Positions 37,706 to 51,605 of a stretch of DNA of 64,000 nucleotides are shown here, one piece after another; the stretch's first letter is position 1, and the number at the start of each line of letters is the position of its first letter. Source of the DNA: Eledone cirrhosa (Eukaryota). Below the pieces are notes generated by a model. It was not told the DNA's origin. It saw only the letters and a list, made by a program, of their open reading frames with translations, and ran no database searches. The stretch spans positions 17,174,001-17,238,000 of the forward strand of contig OZ024765.1 of assembly GCA_964016885.1 (NCBI GenBank), in the 5' to 3' direction. The translations under genes and the position numbers were made by a program.

Positions 37706-37974
37706 CACAGATAAATTAACGATTTTATTTATTATATATTATTTACTATATTTATATTTATTATATTATTTATTATATATTATTTACTATATTTATATTT
37801 ATTATATTATTTATTATATATTATTTGTGTGTAGACAAGTTTCTCTGGAAATAGGGGTGGTAGCGCTGAGGGTATTGAGTGGCCGTGACGGGAGGTGACC
37901 CCCACAAGTTTGAGAAAGCCCTGACCTACACAAACAACAACAAACCTACTCTATCCTTCAGAAACAACGAAAAA

Positions 37975-39215
37975 AATCATCAACATCATCATCAACATCA
38001 CTAATATCATCATCATCATGATCGTCACCAATACCAATATTTATCATCACCATCAACATCACCAGCAAAATAAATACCACCACTAACATCACTAACACCA
38101 ACAACAACATCACCACCAAGACCGCCACCAGCACCACCAACACCAACAACATCACCAACAAAACCACCAGCAGCATCACCGCCACCAACACAAACAACAT
38201 CAACAACAACACCACCACCAACGTCAAGATCAACAAGAATAGAACCAACAGCACCGATATAAACAACAACAACAACACCACCACCAACACCACCATCAAC
38301 ACCACTACCACCATTACAACAACCACCACAACCACCAACACCACTAACAACAACAACAACACAACCACCACCTACACCACCATCACCAACAACAATAAAG
38401 CCACCACCACTACCATCAGCACCACCACTAACAACACCACCACCACGACCACCACCAAGAACACCAGCACCACCACTAGCACCCCCAAGAACACCACCAT
38501 CACCACCACCACTAAGAACACCAGCACCACCAAGAACACCACCTCACCATCAAGAACACCACCACCACCTTCAAGAACACCACCACCACCACCACTATCA
38601 CCACCACCACCAAGAACACCACCTTCACGAACACCACCACCACCACTATCACCAAGAACACCACCACCACCACCTTCAAGAACACCACCACCACCACCAC
38701 TATCACCAAGAACACCACCACCACCACCTTCAAGAACACCACCACCACCACCACTATCACCAAGAACACCACCACCACCACCACCACTATCACCAAGAAC
38801 ACCACCACCACCACCACCACTATCACCAAGAACACCACCACCACTACCACTATCACCAAGAACACCACCACCACCACCACTATCACCAAGAACACCACCA
38901 CCACCACCACTATCACCAACACCACCACCATCACCACCACCACTATCACCAAGAACACCACCACCACCACCACCACCACTATCACCAAGAACACCACCAC
39001 CACCACCACCACTATCACTAAGAACACCACCACCACCACCACCACTATCACCAAGAACACCACCACCACCACCACTATCACCAAGAACACCACCACCACC
39101 ACCACTATCACCAAGAACACCACCACCACCACTATCACCAAGAACACCACCACCAACACCACCACCACTATCACCAAGAACACCACCACCACCACCACTA
39201 TCACCAAGAACACCA
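37975..39215. repeat. (CCA/CAA)n-rich tract and accaccactatcaccaagaac minisatellite
   Basis: Direct reading. The poly-V and poly-G ORFs come from the triplet repeats. Confidence 0.92.
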
Positions 39216-39321
39216 AGGTCAACAACAACAAATGTAAAAAATAAAACTAAAACTTTGGCTGACCGAGTTTTCTGCCAACTTGTAAGATGAAGGAAACATT
39301 TTCGTAAAAACTGACGTTTCG

Positions 39322-40036
39322 ACATCTGTAGCTACAGACGCCCCCTTACATCTGTAGCTACAGATACCCCTTACATCTGTAGCTACAGACACCCCCTTAC
39401 ATCTGTAGCTAGAGAGCCCCCCTTACATCTGTAGCTAGAGATACCCCCTTACATCTGTAGCTACAGACACCCCTTACATAAGTAGCTACAGACACCCCCT
39501 TACATCTGTAGCCACAGAACCCCCTTACATCTGTAGCTACAGAACCCCCTTACATCTGTAGCTACAGACACCCCCTTACATCTGTAGCTAGCTAGAGACC
39601 CCCCCTCTTACATATGTAGCTACAGACACCCCCTTACATATGTAGCTCGAGATACCGCCTTACATCTGTAGCTAGAGACCCCCCTTACATCTGTAGCTAC
39701 AGACACCCCCTTACATCTGTAGCTACAGACACACCCCTTTCTTACATCTGTAGCTACAGACACACCCCTTTCTTACATCTGTAGCTACAGACACACCCAT
39801 TTCCTACATCTGTAGCTACAGACACACACTCAATTCTTACATCTGTAGCGGGAGAAACACACCCCCTTTCTCACATCTGTAGCTGCAGACACACTCCTCC
39901 ATCCCTTACATCTGTAGCGACACACATTCACACTTCCACCCTTTTCTTACATCTTACATCTGTAGCTACACACACACACCGCTTTCTCTACATCTATAGC
40001 TACACACACATTCCTTTCTTGCATCTGTAGCTACAC
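39322..40036. repeat. Minisatellite of about 25-35 bp built on the palindrome tctgtagctacaga
   Basis: Repeated cttacatctgtagctacagacacccc, decaying rightwards. Confidence 0.92.
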
Positions 40037-40371
40037 ACACACTTCCCAACACACTTTTTTCTTGCTCCATATTCCCTTACTCTTTACCCACACTCTCAAC
40101 ACCAGACCACTCCACTCCACACCACCACACTCCACTCCACACCACACCACACCACGCTACACCACAACATCCAACTCAATACCACACCACTCCACCCCCA
40201 CTACACCACCCCACACTCCACTCAACACCACACCACGCTACACCACACTACAACATCCAACACAAAACCACCACCACCCCACACCACTCCACCCTACATA
40301 CCCCACCCAACTTCACTCTGCCCCACCCCACACCACCCCATACCACCCCACCACACTCCACTCCAATTAGT

Positions 40372-40860
40372 GACTGGAACCAGTAAAAGACATAAAACAA
40401 TGTGGTGCCCCAGCATGGCCACAGTCTAATCCCTGAAACCAGTAAAAGACATAAAACAATGTGGTGCCCCAGCATGGCCACAGTCTAATCCCTGAAACCA
40501 GTAAAAGACATAAAACAATGTGGTGCCCCAGCATGGCCACAGTCTAATGCCTGAAACCAGTAAAAGATATACAAGAATGTAGTGCCCCAGCATGGCCACA
40601 GTCTAATGCCTGAAACCAGTAAAAGATATACAAGAATGTAGTGCCCCAGCATGGCCACAGTCTAATGCCTGAAACCAGTAAAGGACATAAAACAATGTGG
40701 TGCCCCAGCATGGCCACAGTCTAATCCCTGAAACCAGTAAAGGACATAAAACAATGTGGTGCCCCAGCATGGCCACAGTCTAATGCCTGAAACCAGTAAA
40801 AGACATACAAGAATGTAGTGCCCCAGCATGGCCACAGTCTAATGCCTGGAACCAGTAAAA
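40372..40860 (+). repeat. 59-bp tandem repeat, 8 units, derived from a SINE-like 3' tail
   Basis: agtaaaagac recurs every 59 bp from 40382 to 40854. A related single copy lies at about 8750-8800. Confidence 0.93.
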
Positions 40861-40899
40861 CAAATACTTACATATGTTATGTAAGAGATATATTATAAA

Positions 40900-43590
40900 C
40901 ATCATCACCACCCCACACCACCACCATCACCACTATCACCACACCACCACCGCCACTCACGCTACCATCTCCACTATCAACACTACCACAACCACCTCTA
41001 CCACCACCACTATCAACACACCACCACCACCACTACAACCACCATCACCACACCACCACCGCCACCACCATCAACACACCACCACAACCACCTCTACCAT
41101 CACCACCATCAACACACCACCACCACCTCTACCACCACCACCATCAACACACCACCACCACCACAACCACTAACGCTACCATCACCACCATCAACACACC
41201 ACCACCACCACCACTACCACCACCACCGCCACTCACGCTACCATCTCCACTATCAACACTACCACAACCACCTCTACCACCACCACTATCAACACACCAC
41301 CACCACCACTACAACCACCATCACCACACCACCACCGCCACCACCATCAACACACCACCACAACCACCTCTACCATCACCACCATCAACACACCACCACC
41401 ACCTCTACCACCACCACCATCAACACACCACCACCACCACAACCACTAACGCTACCATCACCACCATCAACACACCACCACCACCACCACTACCACCACC
41501 ACCGCCACTAACGCTACCATCTCCACTATCAACACACCACCCCAACCACTTCTACCATCACCACCATCAACACACCACCACCATTACTACCACCACCACC
41601 ACCATCAACACACCACCACACCATCACCACACCACCACCGCCACTAACGCTACCATCTTCACTATCAACACACCACCCCAACCACCTCTACCATCACCAT
41701 CATCAACACACCACCACCACCTCTACCACCACCACCATCAACACACCACCATCACCACAGCCACCACTACAACGACCACCACTATCAACAGAGCACCACC
41801 ACCACTACAACCACCACCACTACCACAACAACAACCACCACTACCACAACCACCACCACCACAACAACAACCACAACTACCACCGCCCATCACAACAATC
41901 ACCACCACTATCAACACAGCACCACCAACACTACAACCACCAACACTACAACCACCACCACTATCAACACAGCACCACCAACACTACCCCAACCACCACT
42001 ATCAACACAGCACCACCAACACTACAACAACCACCACTATCAACACAGCACCACCAACCACCACCACCATCAACACACCACCACCACCACTACGACCGCC
42101 ACCATCAACACACCACCACCACCACTACCAACACACCACCATCACCACCACCACCACTACAACCACCACAGCACTATCAACACAGCACCACCAACACTAC
42201 AACCACCACCACTATCAACACAGCACCACCAACACTACAACCACCACCACCACTATCAACACACCACCCCAACCACCTCTACCGTCACCACCACTACCAC
42301 TACGACCGCCACCATCAACACACCACCACCACCAACACACCACCATCACCACCACCACCACTACAATCACCACAGCACTATCAACACAGCACCACTAACA
42401 CTACAACCACCACCACTATCAACACAGCACCACCAACACTACAACCACCACCACCACTATCAACACACCACCCCAACCACCTCTACCGTCACCACCACTA
42501 CCACTACGACCGCCACCATCAACACACCACCACCACCAACACACCACCATCACCACCACCACCACTACAATCACCACAGCACTATCAACACAGCACCACT
42601 AACACTACAACCACCACCACTATCAACACAGCACCACCAACACTACAACCACCACCACCACTATCAACACACCACCCCAACCACCTCTACCGTCACCACC
42701 ACTACGACCGCCACCATCAACACACCACCACCACACCACCATCACCACCACCACCACTACAATCACCACAGCACTATCAACACAGCACCACTAACACTAC
42801 AACCACCACCACTATCAACACAGCACCACCAACACTACAACCACCACCACTATCAACACACCACCCCAACCACCTCTACCATCACCACCATCAACACACC
42901 ACCACCACCACTATGACCGCCACCATCAACACACCACCACTACCACAACCACCACCACCACAACCACCACCGCAACAACCACAGGAGACAGACAGACAAA
43001 CAAAGCACCACCACCACCAACACAACCATCCACCACTACCAACACACCACCACCACAACCACCACCACTACCAACACACCACCACCACCACCACCACTAT
43101 CAACACATCACCACTACCACCACTTGAGAGAGAGAGAGAGGCAGACAGAGAGAGGGGGAGAGACAGTGCGAGATAGAGAGAGGGAGAGAGACAGTGAGAG
43201 AGATGTTTACAGTCCATTGTGGTGTGTGATGAGAGAGAGAGGGAGAGAGAGAGGGAGAGAGAGACAGAGCGATAGAGAGAGAGACAGAGAGACAGTGCGA
43301 GAGAGAGAGATGTTTACAGTCCATTGTGGTGCATGATAAGAGAGAGAGAGAGAGAGACAGAGAGACAGTGCGAGAGAGAGAGATGTTTACAGTCCATTGT
43401 GGTGTGTGATGAGAGAGAGAGAGACAGTGAGAGAGAGAGAGACAGTGAGAGAGAGAGAGAGAAAGAGATAGAGAGAGAAAGAGATAGAGAGAGAGAGAAA
43501 GAGGTAGAGAGAGAGAGAAAGAGGTAGAGAGAGAGAGATAGAGAGACAGAGCGAGAGAGAGAGAGATAGAGATAGAGAGAGAGACATATG
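40900..43590. repeat. (CCA)n-rich higher-order repeat followed by a (GA)n tract containing three copies of gatgtttacagtccattgtggtg
   Basis: Direct reading. Confidence 0.9.
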
Positions 43591-43848
43591 TGTGAAAGGT
43601 ACACTACAAGAAAATCGGAGAAAAAACAGGAAATGGTGGAATATTAGATGAAGGGTATATTAAAAGCTCTGTGGATATTGGCGGAAGTACAGCGCCCTCT
43701 GCTGCTAGTTTGGCCAAACAAGTGATATCGACACGTGTGTTGCTTGTGTGTAAACAAACAACCCCCCTCCACCTTCGTCTTTACCCCTTTTTCTTGCTCT
43801 ATGTGTGTGTGTGTATATATATATATTTTTTTTCTTGCTCTATGTGTA

Positions 43849-43884
<36 letters not shown>

Positions 43885-43954
43885 CAAACATATATATATA
43901 TATATATAGATATAGACAGACATATATATATATAGACATATATATATATATATA

Positions 43955-44007
<53 letters not shown>

Positions 44008-44078
44008 GAAATTAGAGAAACTAATGTGACCAAAAAGCCAACAGTATTTCATTATATATATATATATATAATATATAT

Positions 44079-44121
<43 letters not shown>

Positions 44122-44366
44122 AATATATAATATATATAAATATATAATATATATATATAATATATATAAATATATATAAATATATAATATATATAAATAT
44201 ATAATATATACATATATATATACATATATATACATGTGAGTGTAAATATACATACAGTATCTCCACCCCCTCACTCTCTCTCTCTATATATATATATACA
44301 CACTTACATACATGTGTGTGAAAATGTTCAGTCAGTATCTATGAATTTATATACACATACATACAT

Positions 44367-44412
<46 letters not shown>

Positions 44413-44428
44413 TATCTCTCTCTCTCCC

Positions 44429-44470
<42 letters not shown>

Positions 44471-44847
44471 CGAATACATATGTATATACACATACATATA
44501 TATAGTATATACATACAAAGACATGCATACACATATCCACATATGCATACATACATATAGTATATACATACATATACATACATACATATATCCACATATA
44601 CATACATACATATAGTATATATAGTATATACATACAAACATATACATACACATATATCCACATATACATACATACATACATACATACATATATCCACATA
44701 TACATACATACATATAGTATATATAGTATATACATACATACATACATATATCCACATATACATGCATACATACATACAGTATATATAGTATATTCATACA
44801 TACGTACATACATGTATCCACATATACATACATATAGTATATATACA

Positions 44848-44880
<33 letters not shown>

Positions 44881-45055
44881 CCACATATACATACATACAT
44901 ATAGTATATATAGTATATACATACAGACATATACATACACATATATCCACATATACATACATATGCATACACATATATCCACATATACATACATACATAT
45001 AGTATATACATACAAACATATACATATATATATATATATATATATACATATATAC

Positions 45056-45086
<31 letters not shown>

Positions 45087-45390
45087 CATATATATACATA
45101 TACATATATATACATATATACATATACATACATATACATATACATACATATACATATATATATATATACATATACATATATATACATATACATATACATA
45201 TACCTATATACATATAAGAACATACATGTTTATACATGTTTATATATGTAGATACCAAGTCACACAAACATATATGCAGCTTTCCATGTCGGAAATTGTA
45301 GGAAGTTTATACAATTAAAGCGGCAAATTCACAGAGATTTCACAAGTTCCGGATTAAATGTCTCACTGCATTTGTCTCGGATTTCAGCTC

Positions 45391-47875
45391 TTTGAGATCA
45401 AATTCCGTCTAGCTTAGCCTTTCACCCTTTCAGGCGCTGCTGCTTACGTCGGGCTGAGGAGGCCCAACTCCTCAAATACCGGTCGCTCTCCGACAGGTTT
45501 GCGGTTGTGCCCTTTGGCAGTGGAGACCTCTGGTGTCCTCCGCTCTAGGGCTACCTCCATACTCATCACCATAGGCTCTGAGCTGGCCAGCCGCAGGTGT
45601 GAGCCCCACGAGTTTGAGATCAAATTCCGTCTAGCTTTGCCTTTCATCCTTTCAGGCGCTGCTGCTTACGTCGGGCTGAGGAGGCCCAACTCCTCAAATA
45701 CCGGTCGCTCTCCGACAGGTTTGCGGTTGTGCTTTTTGGCAGTGGAGACCTCTGGTGTCCTCCGCTCTAGGGCCACCTCCATACTCATCACCATAGGCTC
45801 TGAGCTGGCCAGCCGCAGGTGTGAGCCCCACGAGTTTGAGATCAAATTCCGTCTAGCTTTGCCTTTCATCCTTTCAGGCGCTGCTGCTTACGTCGGGCTG
45901 AGGAGGCCCAACTCCTCAAATACCGGTCGCTCTCCGACAGGTTTGCGGCTGTGCCCTTTGGCAGTGGAGACCTCTGGTGTCCTCCGCTCTAGGGCCACCT
46001 CCATACTCATCACCATAGGCTCTGAGCTGGCCAGCCGCAGGTGTGAGCCCCACGAGTTTGAGATCAAATTCCGTCTAGCTTTGCCTTTCATCCTTTCAGG
46101 CGCTGCTGCTTACGTCGGGCTGAGGAGGCCCAACTCCTCAAATACCCGTCGCTCTCCGACAGGTTTGCGGCTGTGCCCTTTGGCAGTGGAGACCTCTGGT
46201 GTCCTCCGCTCTAGGGCCACCTCCATACTCATCACCATAGGCTCTGAGCTGGCCAGCCGCAGGTGTGAGCCCCACGAGTTTGAGATCAAATTCCGTCTAG
46301 CTTTGCCTTTCATCCTTTCAGGCGCTGCTGCTTACGTCGGGCTGAGGAGGCCCAACTCCTCAAATACCGGTCGCTCTCCGACAGGTTTGCGGTTGTGCTT
46401 TTTGGCAGTGGAGACCTCTGGTGTCCTCCGCTCTAGGGCCACCTCCATACTCATCACCATAGGCTCTGAGCTGGCCAGCCGCAGGTGTGAGCCCCACGAG
46501 TTTGAGATCAAATTCCGTCTAGCTTTGCCTTTCATCCTTTCAGGCGCTGCTGCTTACGTCGGGCTGAGGAGGCCCAACTCCTCAAATACCGGTCGCTCTC
46601 CGACAGGTTTGCGGTTGTGCTTTTTGGCAGTGGAGACCTCTGGTGTCCTCCGCTCTAGGGCCACCTCCATACTCATCACCATAGGCTCTGAGCTGGCCAG
46701 CCGCAGGTGTGAGCCCCACGAGTTTGAGATCAAATTCCGTCTAGCTTTGCCTTTCATCCTTTCAGGCGCTGCTGCTTACGTCGGGCTGAGGAGGCCCAAC
46801 TCCTCAAATACCGGTCGCTCTCCGACAGGTTTGCGGTTGTGCTTTTTGGCAGTGGAGACCTCTGGTGTCCTCCGCTCTAGGGCCACCTCCATACTCATCA
46901 CCATAGGCTCTGAGCTGGCCAGCCGCAGGTGTGAGCCCCACGAGTTTGAGATCAAATTCCGTCTAGCTTTGCCTTTCATCCTTTCAGGCGCTGCTGCTTA
47001 CGTCGGGCTGAGGAGGCCCAACTCCTCAAATACCGGTCGCTCTCCGACAGGTTTGCGGCTGTGCCCTTTGGCAGTGGAGACCTCTGGTGTCCTCCGCTCT
47101 AGGGCCACCTCCATACTCATCACCATAGGCTCTGAGCTGGCCAGCCGCAGGTGTGAGCCCCGCGAGTTTGAGATCAAATTCCGTCTAGCTTTGCCTTTCA
47201 TCCTTTCAGGCGCTGCTGCTTACGTCGGGCTGAGGAGGCCCAACTCCTCAAATACCGGTCGCTCTCCGACAGATTTGCGGCTGTGCCCTTTGGCAGTGGA
47301 GACCTCTGGTGTCCTCCGCTCTAGGGCCACCTCCATACTCATCACCATAGGCTCTGAGCTGGCCAGCCGCAGGTGTGAGCCCCACGAGTTTGAGATCAAA
47401 TTCCGTCTAGCTTTGCCTTTCATCCTTTCAGGCGCTGCTGCTTACGTCGGGCTGAGGAGGCCCAACTCCTCAAATACCGGTCGCTCTCCGACAGGTTTGC
47501 GGTTGTGCCCTTTGGCAGTGGAGACCTCTGGTGTCCTCCGCTCTAGGGCCACCTCCATACTCATCACCATAGGCTCTGAGCTGGCCAGCCGCAGGTGTGA
47601 GCCCCACGAGTTTGAGATCAAATTCCGTCTAGCTTTGCCTTTCATCCTTTCAGGCGCTGCTGCTTACGTCGGGCTGAGGAGGCCCAACTCCTCAAATACC
47701 GGTCGCTCTCCGACAGGTTTGCGGTTGTGCCCTTTGGCAGTGGAGACCTCTGGTGTCCTCCGCTCTAGGGCTACCTCCATACTCATCACCATAGGCGCTG
47801 AGCTGGCAAGCCGCAGGTGTGAGCCCCGCGAGTTGGAGTGACTTTTCCAGCGCATCTCCCTTGCCGTCCTCCATC
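45391..47875 (+). repeat. 222-bp tandem array, 11 near-identical units; chimera of a SINE fragment and a CRE-like retrotransposon endonuclease fragment
   Basis: gagatcaaattccgtc at 45394 + n x 222 up to 47614. Reads AEEAQLLKYRSL..P/LAVETSG..IG.EL..R.EPRE and runs out into LFQRISLAV after the last unit. Confidence 0.9.
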
Positions 47876-47940
47876 GTGTCCGCCGATCATATTTCGAATG
47901 CTGCTGAATAGTCTTAAATACGATTATCATCATCATCGAA

Positions 47941-48958
47941 GGGCGGTGGATTGGCAGTATCGGTGGAGGGTCGGACGCCATGCTAGGGCGGTGGATTGGC
48001 AGTATCGGTGGAGGGTCGGACGCCATGCTAGGGCGGTGGATTGGCAGTATCGGTGGAGGGTCGGACGCCATGCTAGGGCGGTGGATTGGCAGTATCGGTG
48101 GAGGGTCGGACGCCATGCTAGGGCGGTGGATTGGCAGTATCGGTGGAGGGTCGGCCGCCATGCTTTCTAGCATAGTTAAGTCCCTTTACGATCTGAGTTC
48201 AAATCCCGCCGAGGTTGACTTTGCCTTTCATCCTTACGGGGTCGATAAAATTAAGTACCAGTAATGTACTGGGTAATTGCTGGCCTTGTGCCTAGAGTAG
48301 AAACGATTACAAAGTGCGGTGGATTGGCAGTATCAGTAGAGTGTCGGACGCCATGCTTTCCAGCATAGTTACGTCCCTTTACGATCTGAGTTCAAATCCC
48401 GCCGAGGTTGACTTTGCCTTTCATCCTTACGGGGTCGATAAAATAAAGTACCAGTAATGTACTAGGTAATTGCTGGCCTTGTGCCTAGAGTAGAAACGAT
48501 TACAAAGTGCGGTGGATTGGCAGTATCAGTAGAGTGTCGGACGCCATGCTTTCCAGCATAGTTACGTCCCTTTACGATCTGAGTTCAAATCCCGCCGAGG
48601 TTGACTTTGCCTTTCATCCTGACGGGGTCGATAAAATAAAGTACCAGTAATGTACTAGGTAATTGCTGGCCTTGTGCCTAGAGTAGAAACGATTACAAAG
48701 TGCGGTGGATTGGCAGTATCAGTAGAGTGTCGGACGCCATGCTTTCCAGCATAGTTACGTCCCTTTACGATCTGAGTTCAAATCCCGCCGAGGTTGACTT
48801 TGCCTTTCATCCTTACGGGGTCGATAAAATAAAGTACCAGTAATGCACTGGGTAATTTGCTGGCCTTGTGCCTAAAGTAGAAACAAGGGGTCGATAAAAT
48901 AAAGTACCAGTAATACACTGGGTAATTGCTGGCCTTGTGCCTAAAGTAGAAACAATTA
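47941..48958 (+). mobile_element. Family A SINE array: 45-bp head x5, then four tandem bodies (193-bp period) and a partial 3' duplicate
   Basis: gggcggtggattggcag at 47941, 47986, 48031, 48076 and 48121. aaagtgcggtgg at 48311, 48504 and 48697. Confidence 0.93.
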
Positions 48959-49054
48959 TCATCATCGCCTTTCAGATGGAGAAGACAGGCGTTTATTAAA
49001 CTGCAGCTGTCATATTACATCGTTTTTCCCAAGTCCTTGTTTTACCCTTTAGAC

Positions 49055-49526
49055 CAGTCATGGGCAACCTGCGGTCCGCAAAGCTTTCTCAATGGCTCGC
49101 CTAAGTCACCTAAGTGAAATCTTTCTTATTTTTTTTTTACCCCAACTTTTCAGTCGTAATTTATCTTTCTATCCTGTTTTACGATGGAGGAAAACAACGT
49201 GTACGAATTCTGAAGAAACAAATCAACACAACCTGAGTTACTGCCCTTTTTTAATGTGAGCACGAATGTAATTTAGTGCTTACGGCCTACTTCTCGAAAA
49301 AGGTTGACCGTGCCTGGTCTGAAGGGTAAAACAAGGACTTGGAAACACCAATGTAATATGAGAGCTGTAGTTTGATAACATCTGTCTAAAGCAGGCATGG
49401 GCAAACGCAGTGGATGCAAGCAGTTGTGTTGGATCATTGGAATAGTGCTTAATAAATATTGATGGTCCTAATAGTTGTTCCAATGTCCAAAAGTGGCCCA
49501 CTCATGGAATATGTTGCACACCCCTG
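49055..49526. mobile_element. Two hAT-type MITEs (49055-49316, 49392-49526)
   Basis: Imperfect TIRs cagtcatgggcaacct / aggttgaccgtgcctg and caggcatgggcaaac / gttgcacacccctg. Confidence 0.6.
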
Positions 49527-50352
49527 GCTTAAGACAAAATAACTTAAATTATTTTCATCTCAAATTATCAGCTACTTAACAACCACTATTTAATTAATAT
49601 AGATGAAACAAACAGTCAAGGCATATTGGTAAAATAACAGGAAACAAGATTTTTCAGAAAAAACATTTCCAAATATAAATTTATTAAACTAAAAACCTGG
49701 TTTTGGACCCCTTAATCCTACAATTACTCGCCATTTTATACGGCATGGGACCAGCTAGTTTATATATAATTTTCAACAGAACACAGATCGAACGAAAATC
49801 AATCGAAAGTATAGATATAAAAATAAAGTATGTTTACATTACCTGAGATAAACCGGGCTATGTTCTTGCAAGAAGCTCCAAATGTTTGTTAAATAACAAC
49901 AGCAACAATAAAACCAAATAAAAGCGACATCAACAGATACAGGAAGAACATGTCTTTCACTAAACGTCGTTTGCGCCAAAAAAGCAACAACAACAATAAA
50001 AGCTAACATAAACCGCTTCGAAACGTCGTATGTTTCCGTGAAATATCCTCCAGCCCCGGCAAGTCCTAAACATTTTTGTTCATCGACCATATGATAGAAT
50101 CTTTGACAGCCCCGACTCCCTAATAAACCTCCTGGCATATAATATATAAATAGATGAATAAATAAATAAATCAGTAAATAAAGTAATTTCCCTTTCCATT
50201 TATTACGACAGTTGTTTCTGACAGGACGCCATGGATGGTGTGTTTAATGACTGGCCCCACGACCTTCTCAGAAATATATGGGTACAGAAGGAGACGAAGA
50301 AGAAGTATATCAGAGTTAAAAACGAACTGTTGGTAAATTTTCGTTTGCACAA

Positions 50353-50402
<50 letters not shown>

Positions 50403-50404
<2 letters not shown>

Positions 50405-50652
50405 TATACTTTAGGAGGGTCATGTTGACAATAAAGAAACATGCACCTGTTGGTTTTCACTTCAATTTATTATAAATTTCCGGTTGGTTGGTTGCTTCGA
50501 TAACAGGTAGGTTGTTTATATATTGTTAAAGCTCTTTTGTCACACATTCTGTGACCTCCTCTGTTTTTATTAACAACATGACCCTCCCAAAGTATAACAA
50601 TATCTGTTTCAACACATGTTTTCAGATAAGAAATCTCGCAAAACAAATTCAA
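50403..50652. mobile_element. Inverted pair of terminal-repeat fragments homologous to the Penelope 3' UTR at 5645-5876
   Basis: 50403-50562 is the reverse complement of about 5645-5823 with a decayed HHR. 50565-50652 is a direct homolog of about 5790-5876. Confidence 0.82.
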
Positions 50653-50706
50653 GAACGAATTATATATATATATATAAATATATAAATATATATATATATA
50701 TATATA

Positions 50707-50743
<37 letters not shown>

Positions 50744-50886
50744 GGGTGAAAGCAGCGATTCTTTGCTTGAACTTTAATCTGTTATTTTAATATATATTTG
50801 CTCTACGATTCTTATATATTTGATATATATTTATCCTTATCGAGCCCTCTTTGGATTTTAGCCTTCAAATTTATTATTATTACTAT

Positions 50887-50920
<34 letters not shown>

Positions 50921-51060
50921 ATATAAACACATTGAGGACCGAATGGATTAACTGATTAGATATAAAAGATACAGAAGCGAAAACCAACCAAACTGTGAGT
51001 GTGTTCTGTTATTATTTCTGGCAATATTATTACAATAATATGACCCTCCCCAATTATAAC

Positions 51061-51129
<69 letters not shown>

Positions 51130-51605
51130 TAAAACATGTCTATAGAATCACAAGATAAAATATATACTATTTCCTCTCCCAATTAGCATAATTAACTATA
51201 TAAAAAATCGAATAGACCAGGCTATAAGAATGAGGCTTCTATGTATATATTTTATCTTGTGATTCTATAGACATGTTTTATGATATATACCTCTGATTAT
51301 TTAATTTATTAATTTTTCATTGAGCCACAAAGTGACCAGTTGCAAAACACGTATATGTATATATATGTATATATATATGTAAACTTTTATATATATATAT
51401 ACACATACATATAAAAGATAGAGCTGAGCATTGTTTGAAATGGTTGGCACAGTGATCATAATAGCGAAAGATTGGGTTCGTCTCTCATTTACATCAATAC
51501 TCATCCCTTTTCCATTGTGGGTTTTTATAACTCCAACTATTAGGCTGATTTACTAAGTCAAAATTATGGCGAAAGCTTTATTTCACTATCTAATATATAT
51601 ATATA

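Noticed and set aside
37958-39325. Gly-rich and Val-rich ORFs resembling structural proteins
   Set aside because: Products of (CCA)n-based repeats; no splice or domain evidence.
39322-40860. CRISPR-like appearance of the short-period arrays
   Set aside because: Spacers are not unique, the context is eukaryotic and there are no cas genes.
49715-49760. Helitron 3' end (weak hairpin then CTAG-T); similar hint at 12420-12505
   Set aside because: The hairpin is too weak and no 5' end is identifiable.
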